A stretch of 64,000 bases of DNA from a virus. Lineage: Duplodnaviria > Caudoviricetes. The notes below the pieces were generated by a model. It saw only the letters and a program-made list of their open reading frames with translations, ran no database searches and was not told the origin of the DNA. Below are positions 9,486 through 19,454 of the stretch, piece by piece. The stretch spans positions 21,248 to 85,247 of the IMG/VR virus record IMGVR_UViG_3300014204_000153. One strand, written 5' to 3'. Every line of letters starts with the position of its first letter. The first letter of the stretch is position 1. Position numbers and translations under genes: made by a program.

Positions 9486-9701
9486 ATGAGTAACGATGTT
9501 TTTGAAAAAGCATTTAATTCTATGCCGAAGTGTTTGGTAGCAGGGTATGATTCATTCCATCATAAAAGTGTAAAAGATTTATGGTGGATGGCCAGGATAC
9601 AGCTTGATTTGTATGAGGAAGATGAAGACTCAGACATTGTTACTGATAAAGATCTTAGGCATGTTAAGAATTGGATGTCTTCAATAAAAAAAGATATTTA
9701 A
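9486..9701 (+). CDS. Hypothetical protein
   Basis: AAGGAG RBS, 71 aa. Confidence 0.7.
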   Translation: MSNDVFEKAFNSMPKCLVAGYDSFHHKSVKDLWWMARIQLDLYEEDEDSDIVTDKDLRHVKNWMSSIKKDI

Positions 9702-9836
9702 TAAAAGGAAATAGATAATGGATTTTAGTTCTAGTGGATTCTGGGGTGGAGTATTAACAGGATTTTTATTGGGATGTGTAATTTACTTTATTTGTTGTTT
9801 TCTTTAAAACTAATAACATAAACAGAGAAATGTAGA

Positions 9837-10262
9837 ATGTTTGAGATTTTTGTGGTGTTTTCCGGGTATGTACTTGCTGTTGTTGGTATTGTTCTCGCTA
9901 TATATATTAATCAGGACTGGTTTAAGGAGTGTGGCAGAATTATTAAAGAAACATATGACAGGAATATTGAACTGGCAGGTAAATACGATGATTTAGCAGA
10001 TAAATATAATGATTTAATTGATGGGTATAATGAGTTGGTAGCTAAGCATAATACTATTGCTGATAGGTGGGCTGAACATTACATTAAATATAATAATAGT
10101 TGGTATAATACATTGGTGCGTACTATTGAAATTGGGCATTTATTGGAAGAAGATTTTATTAAACTGAAATCCCTTCTTGAAAATAAACCTGAACGTAACC
10201 CAAGTGTGAAGACTCTTGATGAGGAAGCTGCTGAAAATGAAAGAATGTTAAAAAGTAGTTGA
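9837..10262 (+). CDS. N-terminal TM + coiled-coil protein
   Basis: Hydrophobic N-terminus, repeated YxDL heptads. Confidence 0.7.
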   Translation: MFEIFVVFSGYVLAVVGIVLAIYINQDWFKECGRIIKETYDRNIELAGKYDDLADKYNDLIDGYNELVAKHNTIADRWAEHYIKYNNSWYNTLVRTIEIGHLLEEDFIKLKSLLENKPERNPSVKTLDEEAAENERMLKSS

Positions 10263-10307
10263 CATTCAGACTTTCATTGTTTATATTATTTACTATTGAA
10301 TTCAAAC
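10250..10307 (+). promoter_or_regulatory. Conserved early promoter, copy 6
   Basis: TTGACA 10259-10264, TATATT 10282-10287. Confidence 0.9.
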
Positions 10308-10321
10308 AGAGGAAAATGAGA

Positions 10322-10546
10322 ATGGCAATTAAGAAAGTAGAATTCAAAAAAGTATCTCATACATTTTTTACAGGTGATACAACCTGTGCTTATGGAAAGG
10401 GAAAGTTTTGTCCATTTGTAGTAACAAAAAAATTTGGAACACATTATGTTTGTATATTGTTTAACACCGATCTTAATGATGACGAAAACATGTGTCTCAA
10501 GAGGTCATCAGAATGTATAGCTAAACTTGATAAAATGTTTAGCTAA
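10322..10546 (+). CDS. Cys-rich hypothetical protein (start MAIKK or MRMAIKK)
   Basis: GAGGA RBS after the promoter; several Cys. Confidence 0.6.
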   Translation: MAIKKVEFKKVSHTFFTGDTTCAYGKGKFCPFVVTKKFGTHYVCILFNTDLNDDENMCLKRSSECIAKLDKMFS

Positions 10547-10568
10547 ATCTCAAATAGAGGAAAATAAA

Positions 10569-10817
10569 ATGATACACGAGAAACCAGTAATAACAAGAGT
10601 AATGAAACTTACAATAGTAGAAAATGCTCAAAAAGCTTCTGAATTGTTCAATACTTTTATTTTTGTCCCTACTTCTGTAAAAGCTTCAGTTATAGTTGAA
10701 AAAGATGAAGCTGTCGTATCGATGGATTTCTTTGATGATACATATGGTGATACAAGTATTACATATACGGTTGGTATATTCATGGGAATATATTTAATTG
10801 CAGGAAAAGTAAAATAA
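10569..10817 (+). CDS. Hypothetical protein
   Basis: GAGGA RBS; start MIHEK. Confidence 0.6.
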   Translation: MIHEKPVITRVMKLTIVENAQKASELFNTFIFVPTSVKASVIVEKDEAVVSMDFFDDTYGDTSITYTVGIFMGIYLIAGKVK

Positions 10818-10868
10818 TAGTTGACATTTCACTATCAATGATTTATATTATTACTATTGAAATTGAAA
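10812..10868 (+). promoter_or_regulatory. Conserved early promoter, copy 7
   Basis: TTGACA 10821-10826, TATATT 10844-10849. Confidence 0.9.
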
Positions 10869-10909
10869 CAGAGGATTGCTTCACAAAAACCAAACACAAA
10901 CAGAGGAGA

Positions 10910-11299
10910 ATGAAAATGGAAGCCAAGCGCGAAGCAAAGTACGTCACAGTCAAGAAGACCCGCGGTATCTACAAGGAAATCAGCCGGATTAACGGAAAAG
11001 TTCAGCTCGTTGAAGTTTTCCACAAGTTCGACGCTGAGGTCGATCCTTCTCAGATTCGTAAGTTCAAAGCCGGCAAAAGCTTCATCGAAGTAAATGGCAA
11101 ACTTTCATGGACAAAGAAAGCAGCTCAGCCGAAGTTCAGCGAAAAGGGTCGGACATGGAACAAGATCGAAGCTGATATCGACGGAATCGAAACAATCATT
11201 CATCTCGACACGACACTCGGACACTGGGCATATTACACCACAACCACTGGCGAGTGGAGGAAGTTCGAGCATATGTACATTGAAGATCTCGTAAAGTAA
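10910..11299 (+). CDS. Hypothetical early protein (start MKMEAK)
   Basis: GAGGAG RBS; C-ending codon bias suggests high expression. Confidence 0.75.
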   Translation: MKMEAKREAKYVTVKKTRGIYKEISRINGKVQLVEVFHKFDAEVDPSQIRKFKAGKSFIEVNGKLSWTKKAAQPKFSEKGRTWNKIEADIDGIETIIHLDTTLGHWAYYTTTTGEWRKFEHMYIEDLVK

Positions 11300-11345
11300 A
11301 CCAAGAAAGATAAAACATATGATAGACTTTCTTTATTCACTCATC

Positions 11346-11379
11346 GAGAACATCCGTAGAATATTCTACGGATGTTCTC
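11346..11379. terminator. Perfect palindromic hairpin/terminator
   Basis: GAGAACATCCGTAGAAT/ATTCTACGGATGTTCTC. Confidence 0.75.
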
Positions 11380-11733
11380 TTGATACTTGCTTCTGCAATT
11401 AACGGTAAAGTTGATAAAAATTTATTTGTACTAAGAGCTCTTGAACTTTCAGTTGATAAAGAATTAAACAATTATTTAAAATATACATTTTATCCATATC
11501 CAATTGAATTTAAATACCATGAATGGATTGATTATCTTAATGAAATTAAAAAAGATCTTAAGTTCATTAGAGAAACTGATAAAAAAATACAAAAAGTAAA
11601 AGACCCAGTTGATGATTCTGCTGCTGAATTAAAAAGATACAGAAATGAACTAGCTGAATTAAGTTTATTGGAAATAGATATATGGAAAAGATTAAAAGAT
11701 AATATGTCTAAAGTAGCAATTAACCTTTATTGA
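11380..11733 (+). CDS. Hypothetical helical protein
   Basis: 117-aa ORF, start uncertain (TTG). Confidence 0.5.
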   Translation: MILASAINGKVDKNLFVLRALELSVDKELNNYLKYTFYPYPIEFKYHEWIDYLNEIKKDLKFIRETDKKIQKVKDPVDDSAAELKRYRNELAELSLLEIDIWKRLKDNMSKVAINLY

Positions 11734-12275
11734 AAGATTATAAACAAATGGATATAAATGAAGAATTTATCAAAGGTTTTAATTCTCTTGATCTTTATTT
11801 ATGGTTCAAAGATTATGGAGAAACAGACCTAGAAAAGATAGTTAGAAAGTTGATAGATGAGAAAAAAGTATGGATAGCTAATTCACTTCTTACATCAAGT
11901 ATGAACAAAAAACAATGCGTAAAGTATACAATTTATATAGCCAAGTCTATAATAGTACACTTTGATTTACTTAAATGTAGATTTGGAAATCCAGTTTTTA
12001 TTGTTAATTCTGCAGAAAAATGGTTAGAAAATAATTCTGAAAAGAATAGAATTTTAGCTATGAATGAATTTAATAATGCAATTTATTATGATAGAGATTC
12101 TATTTCTGAATCTATAATTTATATTGCTGCATTATCTGCATGGTGTGCTGGACAAAAAGAAGAAAAATCATCAAGTATAAATTATAATGCTAATAAATGT
12201 GCAGAAGAAGCAGAATCAATTGGTGGAAATATGATTGAGTATATAGAATATGGTTTATCTTTGTTTAAAGATTAA
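11730..12275 (+). CDS. Hypothetical protein
   Basis: 181-aa ORF. Confidence 0.7.
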   Translation: MKDYKQMDINEEFIKGFNSLDLYLWFKDYGETDLEKIVRKLIDEKKVWIANSLLTSSMNKKQCVKYTIYIAKSIIVHFDLLKCRFGNPVFIVNSAEKWLENNSEKNRILAMNEFNNAIYYDRDSISESIIYIAALSAWCAGQKEEKSSSINYNANKCAEEAESIGGNMIEYIEYGLSLFKD

Positions 12276-12279
12276 ACCC

Positions 12280-12364
12280 GGTCCAGTTCCCTAGTGGCAA
12301 AGGGGTCGGCCTGTAAAGCCGCTGACTAATGTCTTCGGAGGTTCGAATCCTCCCTGGACCACCA
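12280..12364 (+). tRNA. tRNA-Tyr(GUA)
   Basis: Acceptor stem GGTCCAG/CTGGACC, CGGC-CT-GTA-AA-GCCG, GTTCGAATC, encoded CCA. Confidence 0.95.
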
Positions 12365-12368
12365 TAAA

Positions 12369-12487
12369 AATATAAGTGCAATGGCTGTGCGGCAATAATT
12401 AAATCCCGCGAAGGCATGAGTATAACCGTCACGCATTGCATACTCATTAGGATGCCCTGCAATGCTGTCCTACATTGCACTTATATT
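12369..12487 (+). ncRNA. Candidate structured RNA downstream of tRNA-Tyr
   Basis: 15-bp closing stem AATATAAGTGCAATG/CATTGCACTTATATT with internal stems and a possible 8-bp pseudoknot. Confidence 0.5.
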
Positions 12488-12548
12488 AAAAAGTAGTTGA
12501 CATTGGGTTATCCATTGTTTATATTATAATTAATTAAAAATTGAAACA
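12488..12548 (+). promoter_or_regulatory. Conserved early promoter, copy 8
   Basis: TTGACA 12497-12502, TATATT 12520-12525. Confidence 0.9.
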
Positions 12549-12682
12549 ACAAACAGAGGAGAATGAAATGCTTTTTTATTATCAATTTAACATAGCTAAT
12601 CATATTAAAGTAGATACTTCAATGTTACTTATTTTATTAGATATAGTACTTTTTATATTATTATTCTCTTATATGTTAGCTG

Positions 12683-12931
12683 ATGATGACGATGAATCAA
12701 ACAATGATTATGGAGAATGAAATGAATCCAAAAGATGAAATATTCAAACTGAAACATGGTGAAAAATGGACATGGCCTGAAAGTGATTATGGTCATGCTG
12801 AAATATGGCGAATTCATGATGTTTATATAGTATTTTCTATTCCAATGTTTGGAGGAGATTCAACATATTTTGATGCATTCTCAATATCAAATGTGGATGA
12901 ACTTATTTATACAGTTTCCTCTTGGACGTAA
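12683..12931 (+). CDS. Hypothetical protein (start probably near MNPKDE)
   Basis: GGAG RBS at about 12711. Confidence 0.6.
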   Translation: MMTMNQTMIMENEMNPKDEIFKLKHGEKWTWPESDYGHAEIWRIHDVYIVFSIPMFGGDSTYFDAFSISNVDELIYTVSSWT

Positions 12932-12953
12932 AAATTGAATCAAGGAGATTTAT

Positions 12954-13322
12954 ATGTTAGTTGCCATAGATTTATTACCTTGTCCATATTGTGGTGGCGA
13001 AGCAAGATATGTATATCTTCATAAAAGTGAAGATGGTTCAACTGAAAATTGGGTATTGAGAAGATTTAATAAAGGTGAAGTTATAAGCAATAATTATGAA
13101 ATATGTGATCATATAATTCGTTGTAAAACATGTGGGGCAACCGCACAAATTCCATTTTGGAATAAAAGAGAATTTAATGATGTACTTATGTTAAGCCCAA
13201 AGTCGATTATATTTTGTCACAAAAACCAAAAAGAACAAGATATGAATTTATGTTGTAACTGTGAGAACTTTAAAGGAATTGATATAGAAAATGATTTATT
13301 TTATATTAAGTGTGTCAAATAA
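12954..13322 (+). CDS. Lar-like Zn-ribbon protein
   Basis: LLPCPYCGGEA … IRCKTCGAT pattern of the Lar restriction-alleviation family. Confidence 0.6.
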   Translation: MLVAIDLLPCPYCGGEARYVYLHKSEDGSTENWVLRRFNKGEVISNNYEICDHIIRCKTCGATAQIPFWNKREFNDVLMLSPKSIIFCHKNQKEQDMNLCCNCENFKGIDIENDLFYIKCVK

Positions 13323-13337
13323 AAGGAGAAAAATTAG

Positions 13338-15071
13338 TTGGCTAAAGTAGACTTCAAGAAAGTGCGTTTCAAGAATTTTATGTCATATGGAAATTCATGG
13401 ACAGAAATACCACTTGAATTTGTCGGTCTTACTATCGTCAGTGGAAAAAATGGCGATGGAAAGTCTACTATATCTGTAGCCATATTCTTTGCTTTAACGG
13501 GTCTTGCTTTAATAGAAGTTTCTAAAGGTGGATTAGTTAATATCTTTAACGACAGAGATTGCTTAGTAGAACTTGAATTTGAAAGCGGCGGCCATTCATA
13601 TATGGTTCGTCGTGGAGTTAGACCAAATGTTTTCGGAATATACAAAGATGGAGAATTGGTTCCTGAGGATGGAAAGAGAGTTAACTTCTATCAGGATAAA
13701 CTTGATGAAATAGTTGGTATTCCTCCAGCTTTGTTAAGGTCTGTACTTCTCATAAATTATTCCAGCAGACCATTCTTTAAAATGTCAAAGGGAGAGAGAA
13801 GAGAATTCTTAGACAAAATATTTGGACTTGAAAAATTTAATATTATGGCTGAAATGGTTAAAAGAAAGTTATCTGAAATATCTGCTTCTATGTCATTATC
13901 TTCAAGAGATTTAGTTATACTTAAATCTAAACTTGAACATCAAAAAGAAACTCTTAATAATTACGATAAGATGGTAGCAACCGCAGCTGCTAAAAGTAAT
14001 ACAGATAAATCTAAAATTGAAGCTGATGTATTAAGTAAAATTTCAGATTCTATGAAAGCTAAATCTAAATTAGAATTAGCCAAAGAAGTAGTAGATATTA
14101 CAAATAAGAAAGTAAAAGAAACATCTTTAAATAAAGAAAATCTTAAAAATTCTAAAAAAGAACTTATCTCTATTAAAGAAAAATTAAAAGAAGCTGAAGA
14201 AGCTGAAGGTAAATGTAGACTATGTGGTCAAGTTTTACCAAAAGAAGTAACAGAACTTGAGAAGATTAGAGTTGAAAAATTAAAGCAAACTATATTAAAT
14301 TTAGAAGTATCTATTAAAGAAATAGAAAAATTAGATTGTGATACTGAATCAGCAAATAAAACTTCATTAACTGCTACTAATGAATTAAGAAAAACTGAAT
14401 CAGATGTAGCAGCTGCTGAAGCTTTAGTGTCAGCTGCTAAAGATAGATTAGAAGAATATTCATTTGAACTTCCAGAACCACCAAAAATTGATATAACTGA
14501 AACAGAAACTAAAATAAAAGAAAATGAATTATCATCTAAAAAGATGAGTAATATAGAATCTCATTTAAAGTCTGCATATAAGATTTTAATGGATGAAGAA
14601 ATTAAGTCATTCATAGTTGGTAAGTATGTTCCATTCTTAAATTCTCAAGTTGCTTTCTTTCTTGAAATGTTTGGATTTGATTTCGATGTAATGTTTACTC
14701 CAGAAATGGATTATAGATTTATTAGTAAAACACGAGGTAAAAAAGAACTGGAGTACGGCAACTTCTCCAGGGGTCAAAGAACTCGACTTGATATAGCTAT
14801 GATATTTGCTTTTATAAATGTATATAAGATGGTAAGTTTTAAGTCTATGCGACAAGTTACTAATTTAATCATCTTTGACGAGTTCATAGACATGGGTACA
14901 GATGCAGATGGAGTTGAAGATTGTTTAAAGATGATGACTGAAGTTAGTAGGAAGTGGGATACTGGATTTATGGTAATTTCTCATAAGGTAGATGCAGAAT
15001 CTACAGATTTTCCAGTTTATATGGCTAAGATGCAGTCTAATGGATTTTCTAAAATTGAAAAGGTACAATGA
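13338..15071 (+). CDS. gp46: SbcC/Rad50-like recombination endonuclease subunit (T4 gp46-like)
   Basis: FKNFMSYGN, Walker A GKNGDGKST, CRLC Zn hook, FSRGQ signature, LIIFDE Walker B, ISHK. Confidence 0.93.
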   Translation: MAKVDFKKVRFKNFMSYGNSWTEIPLEFVGLTIVSGKNGDGKSTISVAIFFALTGLALIEVSKGGLVNIFNDRDCLVELEFESGGHSYMVRRGVRPNVFGIYKDGELVPEDGKRVNFYQDKLDEIVGIPPALLRSVLLINYSSRPFFKMSKGERREFLDKIFGLEKFNIMAEMVKRKLSEISASMSLSSRDLVILKSKLEHQKETLNNYDKMVATAAAKSNTDKSKIEADVLSKISDSMKAKSKLELAKEVVDITNKKVKETSLNKENLKNSKKELISIKEKLKEAEEAEGKCRLCGQVLPKEVTELEKIRVEKLKQTILNLEVSIKEIEKLDCDTESANKTSLTATNELRKTESDVAAAEALVSAAKDRLEEYSFELPEPPKIDITETETKIKENELSSKKMSNIESHLKSAYKILMDEEIKSFIVGKYVPFLNSQVAFFLEMFGFDFDVMFTPEMDYRFISKTRGKKELEYGNFSRGQRTRLDIAMIFAFINVYKMVSFKSMRQVTNLIIFDEFIDMGTDADGVEDCLKMMTEVSRKWDTGFMVISHKVDAESTDFPVYMAKMQSNGFSKIEKVQ

Positions 15072-15137
15072 TGAGCAGATATGATAAAAGATGTTTAGCA
15101 TATACATCAATTGGCTTAATAATTATTATAGTTATGT

Positions 15138-15351
15138 TAATCTTAGATACAGCTGTATCATGGAGATAAAAATGACAAACAGACAAGTAGCAGTATTATG
15201 TTTTTGCGCATTATATATTGCGTTTGAAGTTCATTCAGATTTTTCATCACTTAAAAGTTTAAGTGATTGTATAATTGTAGAAATTCTTGGAATATTTTAT
15301 TTTTCTATGATAACTCTTGGAATATTTAAATTCCTTGAAAGGGAAAAATGA
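15138..15351 (+). CDS. Small membrane protein
   Basis: Two hydrophobic segments; start near MEIKMTNR. Confidence 0.5.
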
Positions 15352-15851
15352 AACTTACAACTAAGAATAAAGGAATTATTTCTCAAAGGCTAATTGAATC
15401 GCCTGAGGTTGCTGGTAGAAAATTAGTTATAGCTATAGACTTCGATGGTACATTAGTAGAAAAGGATTGTTGGAAGAAATATTCATCAGTAGATGATTAT
15501 ACTCCCGTAACAATAAAAAGTGTACCGTCAATGTATACTTCTCCAAATATGTTTATTGGAATTAAAACTGTAGACATAGCTAAAATGTATTCAGAAGTTG
15601 GACATACTATTATAATGTGGACATGCAGAATTCCTGGTGGGAGGCCTGGACTTTCTCTTGAAGAAGCGGTTGAATGGTGTGGTAGAAATGGACTAAAGTT
15701 TGATGCAGTAAATGATGATGTTGATTGGTCACATGTAGTAGATCATGATGTACCTAAGGGAAGAAAGATAATAGCAGATAGGTATATAGATGATAAATCA
15801 TGTGACGTTGAAAGTATTTCAGCTTGGAATATTAGATCATGGAGGATATGA
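15348..15851 (+). CDS. HAD-family hydrolase/phosphatase
   Basis: IAIDFDGT, MWTCR, KIIADRYIDDK. Confidence 0.85.
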   Translation: MKLTTKNKGIISQRLIESPEVAGRKLVIAIDFDGTLVEKDCWKKYSSVDDYTPVTIKSVPSMYTSPNMFIGIKTVDIAKMYSEVGHTIIMWTCRIPGGRPGLSLEEAVEWCGRNGLKFDAVNDDVDWSHVVDHDVPKGRKIIADRYIDDKSCDVESISAWNIRSWRI

Positions 15852-16225
15852 TGAAAATTAGAACGGTTAAATCATACAATAGATCTCAGTTAGCAATAAT
15901 GTTTCTATTATTTTGTGTTGCTATTTTTTTTGCAGGAATAAGTGGTTTATTTTCTGGAATAACAGAAGATTTATTGTTAGTTATTTCTGGAATACTAATT
16001 TTTCAAGGTTTTATTCAATTATTTTGTATTAAAAAAGTAATACATTTAAAAACTGTAGATCATTATACTTCTACTTTATCTAATCTAGATTGCCAAGAAT
16101 CATTATGTGAATATTGCTTTAATTGTTTTAATTGTAATATTAGAAATAAAACTGAAAATATGGCAATTGGATGTAAGATAAATTTTAGTGAATGTTCATC
16201 TTTTGAATTAAGAAAAAGAACTTAA
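15839..16225 (+). CDS. Membrane protein with a Cys-rich C-terminus
   Basis: Two TM segments, CxxCxxCxxC cluster. Confidence 0.6.
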   Translation: MEDMMKIRTVKSYNRSQLAIMFLLFCVAIFFAGISGLFSGITEDLLLVISGILIFQGFIQLFCIKKVIHLKTVDHYTSTLSNLDCQESLCEYCFNCFNCNIRNKTENMAIGCKINFSECSSFELRKRT

Positions 16226-16228
16226 TCC

Positions 16229-16804
16229 TTATCCAGATCCAGAAGAATGAAGTTGAAGCAACCACCAAGCATCAACTAAATCTGCAATCGGAGATTTATA
16301 TCTTTTATCCCATCCAAGGGATTGTGTAAAATCATACACAATCCCTTTTCCATTTCTTTCAAAGAATGCATCTACCATTAGAACCTTCGAAGCATCTCCT
16401 CGTCCAGTGGCAAATTTCTTTATTTCAGTTGGAGCATATGTCTTTATCTTAGCTCCCATAGAAGCTGCTATAAATTTAACCATTCCAGAGAACTCACCTA
16501 TATCAAATACTCTACCGCTTGAAGAACTTGATGATGCATAACTATAAGCATATCCTTCAACTGCGAAATCTGAAATATTTCCATTTGATATTCTAGTTAT
16601 AGCGGATCCAAGAGCTATTGCATTTGTATAATATCTTTCTGCATCAGCTCCATTCGCTATATGCCCTACTACTAAATCTGCGGATATTCCTACTATTCCA
16701 TTAGTTGTTTTTACAGCTTTCTTTAATCCAGTCTGGAAATAAAATTCACCGTTCTCTGCTGCAATTCCAGTTCCATTTATAGACAGATCACCTGCTATTA
16801 TCAT
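16229..16804 (-). CDS. RuvC-like Holliday junction resolvase
   Basis: GDLSINGTG, AVEGY, PTEIKKFATGRGDASK, DLVDAW. Confidence 0.8.
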   Translation of the reverse strand: MIIAGDLSINGTGIAAENGEFYFQTGLKKAVKTTNGIVGISADLVVGHIANGADAERYYTNAIALGSAITRISNGNISDFAVEGYAYSYASSSSSSGRVFDIGEFSGMVKFIAASMGAKIKTYAPTEIKKFATGRGDASKVLMVDAFFERNGKGIVYDFTQSLGWDKRYKSPIADLVDAWWLLQLHSSGSG

Positions 16805-16837
16805 CTCGTTCCTCCATTCTTGATTGTATTTAATACC

Positions 16838-16845
16838 TATAAATA
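16838..16845 (+). promoter_or_regulatory. T4-type late promoter TATAAATA
   Basis: Exact motif at the start of the baseplate cluster. Confidence 0.7.
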
Positions 16846-16889
16846 GAATTGAAATAGTCAAACCAATGTCATTATAGACATCCTGGATA

Positions 16890-18311
16890 TTGATAGGGAG
16901 CCAATCTTTGCCTATAGAAGAAAATTACAAGAACGTCGAACTGGACTTTGAACTAGCTAAAAAGACTGCTTCGAAAGAAAGAGTAAAGGGTTTTGATCCT
17001 TTCGGTACAGACTTTCTTAAAGGTGTGGTAAAAAAGTCTCCAATAGAATTTGGAGCTATTTTAGACACATCTTTTAATAGTTTCCTTGTGTCTATAATAC
17101 CATACACAAATAATATAGTTAGTAATTTTAATGCTAATGCTGAATATGCTTCTACTTTTGTTAAGAGTGTAACTTTTCCATCTATATCATTTGAAGATGA
17201 ACCTTATCGCAGAGGTGGAAGAACTTATCATGCTGCCACAGATTTTAATGTAGATAAAATTACTTTAACTTGCTATAATGACAGAGGTTATAATTCTCAT
17301 TCATTTTGGCAGTCATGGTTATTCGCTATAATGGGCGGACAATCTGGTAATCAACTTCTTGCTCAAAGGAAATTTCCGTTTGAGTATAAATCATACATAG
17401 ATATATACAAAATAGATAGGTTCACAGATGGTTCAAATAATACCGGTCCAAATAAAGGTATTTTTACTGTAAGAACTGTTGGTGCTTTTCCAACATCTGT
17501 ATCTGCTTTTTCTATGGATTGGGATTCGAAGAATGCTGAAACATTTGAAGTAGTATTATCTGTAGATGAAGTTGAGTTTTATCCTGGAAAGATTGTTCCA
17601 AAAATTTCAAAGTCAAAGGTTTCTTCAAGTATTGCAAGTTACAATTCTTCATCTTCAAAACAACAGTCAGCTATGTCTTTTGTAAAGAAAGCTGATACTG
17701 GAAAAGTAACTCAATCTGAATCAGCTGCACTTAGATTTGCTAAGACACTTGGAAAAGCTACATCAGAAAAACTTATAAGAGCTGGTAAAAACTTACTTAT
17801 AGAAACAGAATATAGAATAAAAGATAAAATAGATAATGAACTTCCACAATGGGCTAGAATTGGTGATATAATTAGATTTGATTCTAATGGAAAAATAATA
17901 TTTAATGATGATGTTCTTATAAGCAGAATAGCTACTTCTATAGCCGGAAGATTAAGTGAATATGGTAATTCTGCAGCAGATGCAATATTTGGTGGAAATG
18001 ATCCAAATTCATATGAAGCTGAAATAGATCCAACTGATATACCGAGTAATTATACATCAAATGATAGAGCTGTATCTTTAATAGCAGCTGCTCTTGCATC
18101 TTCACTTTATCCAGAAACATCCATTGGAGCAGAAAATGTAATAAAATCTGGTATATCTAATCTTCAACAAAGATCTGACTCAGCACAAAGCATAATATCA
18201 ATGTCTGTAATTTCTAATAATAATTCTAATGCTGCTGCTTTAGAATCTTTGGCTGAAGACATCATAGAAAGAGAAATATCTTCTATGGTGTATGGGAGGG
18301 CTTCATTTTGA
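16890..18311 (+). CDS. Baseplate tail-tube initiator (gp54/gp19-like fold) with a C-terminal extension
   Basis: VKSVTFPS…ITLTCYND…FWQSW…GAFPTSVS…FEVVLS tube-like pattern; start uncertain. Confidence 0.6.
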   Translation: MIGSQSLPIEENYKNVELDFELAKKTASKERVKGFDPFGTDFLKGVVKKSPIEFGAILDTSFNSFLVSIIPYTNNIVSNFNANAEYASTFVKSVTFPSISFEDEPYRRGGRTYHAATDFNVDKITLTCYNDRGYNSHSFWQSWLFAIMGGQSGNQLLAQRKFPFEYKSYIDIYKIDRFTDGSNNTGPNKGIFTVRTVGAFPTSVSAFSMDWDSKNAETFEVVLSVDEVEFYPGKIVPKISKSKVSSSIASYNSSSSKQQSAMSFVKKADTGKVTQSESAALRFAKTLGKATSEKLIRAGKNLLIETEYRIKDKIDNELPQWARIGDIIRFDSNGKIIFNDDVLISRIATSIAGRLSEYGNSAADAIFGGNDPNSYEAEIDPTDIPSNYTSNDRAVSLIAAALASSLYPETSIGAENVIKSGISNLQQRSDSAQSIISMSVISNNNSNAAALESLAEDIIEREISSMVYGRASF

Positions 18312-18742
18312 GAAAGTTTTTTGAATCTTTGGAAGAAATAAATTATATTGTATCTGGAAAGACTAAATTAATAAAAGATATGTTTTCTATCAATGAATCT
18401 TTTGATAAAACTCAGAAATACAGAGATAGTGAAGATTACTATATTTCATATGAAGTAACAGATGGTGAATGTATAGAAGATGTAGCTGCTAGTGAATATG
18501 GAGATAAAGCTCTTGAATCTGTTTGGATAATAGCAGTAATGAATGAAATGATGGATTTTCTTTTCGATTTTCCAATGAGTGGTACAGAATTAGAAAAATC
18601 AACAGGCTATACAGAAAAATCTGGAAATATAACATCTACAATGTTTGATACGGTTGTAGAATTAAACGATAAAAAGAGGATAATAAAAGTTTTAAAGAAA
18701 GAATATCTCGTTCAATTTGAACGTGATTTCTTCGGAGACTGA
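18308..18742 (+). CDS. gp53: Baseplate wedge protein gp53-like
   Basis: YEVTDGE.IEDVA..EYG…WIIAVMN…DFP LysM-like pattern; RIIKVLK. Confidence 0.75.
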   Translation: MRKFFESLEEINYIVSGKTKLIKDMFSINESFDKTQKYRDSEDYYISYEVTDGECIEDVAASEYGDKALESVWIIAVMNEMMDFLFDFPMSGTELEKSTGYTEKSGNITSTMFDTVVELNDKKRIIKVLKKEYLVQFERDFFGD

Positions 18743-18751
18743 GGAGGATAA

Positions 18752-19454
18752 GATGGGTGAATTTCTACAGTACAGACACACCAGCATTATCGATGGAAGT
18801 ACTATTTCATTTGGACCTATGCGTGTAAAACATCAAATGGCTTTAGTAGAAATGGAAGATACAATTACATCTGGAGATGTTTCCGGTGAAAGTTTTACAG
18901 AATTATTAAAAAGTATAATCTTTGGACTTATTGATAGAACTGGGTCTAACTTGTACATGATTGATTATGAAATGCTTTTGTTTAAGATAAGATCAAAAAG
19001 TTATGGAAATGAAATAAAGTTTAGAAAAATATATGGAACTGAAGAATATAATTTAATATTTGATACAGATAAAGATGTTAATATAATTGGTGAAGAAAAT
19101 AAATCTTCTATAACAGTTCCTTTATGTGATGGTAGAAGTGTTGTTATAACTCCACCAACTGTTGCTGAAGCTGATGCTGCTGAAAAAGAAGCTAATGGCA
19201 AATTTAGATTGAAAGATCTTATAACTTTAAGACTATCTGTAAAGAAAATAATTGATGATGAATCTAATGTTACAGATCTTAATAAAGAAGCTGCTAAGTC
19301 TTTATTTGAAACAATAGAAATAAAAGATTTAGAATTAATAAAAAAAGAATTTTCAAAATTTCCTATTCTTTCAGCTATGAAAGAATATTCATTCGGAGAA
19401 AATAAATTTACAGTAAATGCTGGAGATTTCTCGTCAAATTTTTTCGTTCTATAA
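18752..19454 (+). CDS. gp26: Baseplate hub/assembly chaperone gp26-like
   Basis: F.PM.VK…L..IDYE.LLFKIRSKSYG.EI pattern; ATG 18752 follows a GAGGAGG RBS. Confidence 0.7.

Noticed and set aside
10838-10909. MIYIITIEIET N-termini shared by ORFs 10838 and 41233
   Set aside because: Artefact of translating through the conserved promoter sequence; the true starts are downstream, after GAGGAG.
100-12548. Repeated promoter motif as a CRISPR array
   Set aside because: Spacing is irregular (240 bp to kilobases) with whole genes between copies; the motif is a -35/-10 promoter and no cas genes are present.
16866-16877. ATG TCA TTA TAG in frame upstream of the 16890 ORF, hinting at TAG reassignment
   Set aside because: Core genes (gp48, gp21, gp13) end at TAG with plausible lengths and are not fragmented, and neither tRNA in the window is a suppressor; the standard code fits.
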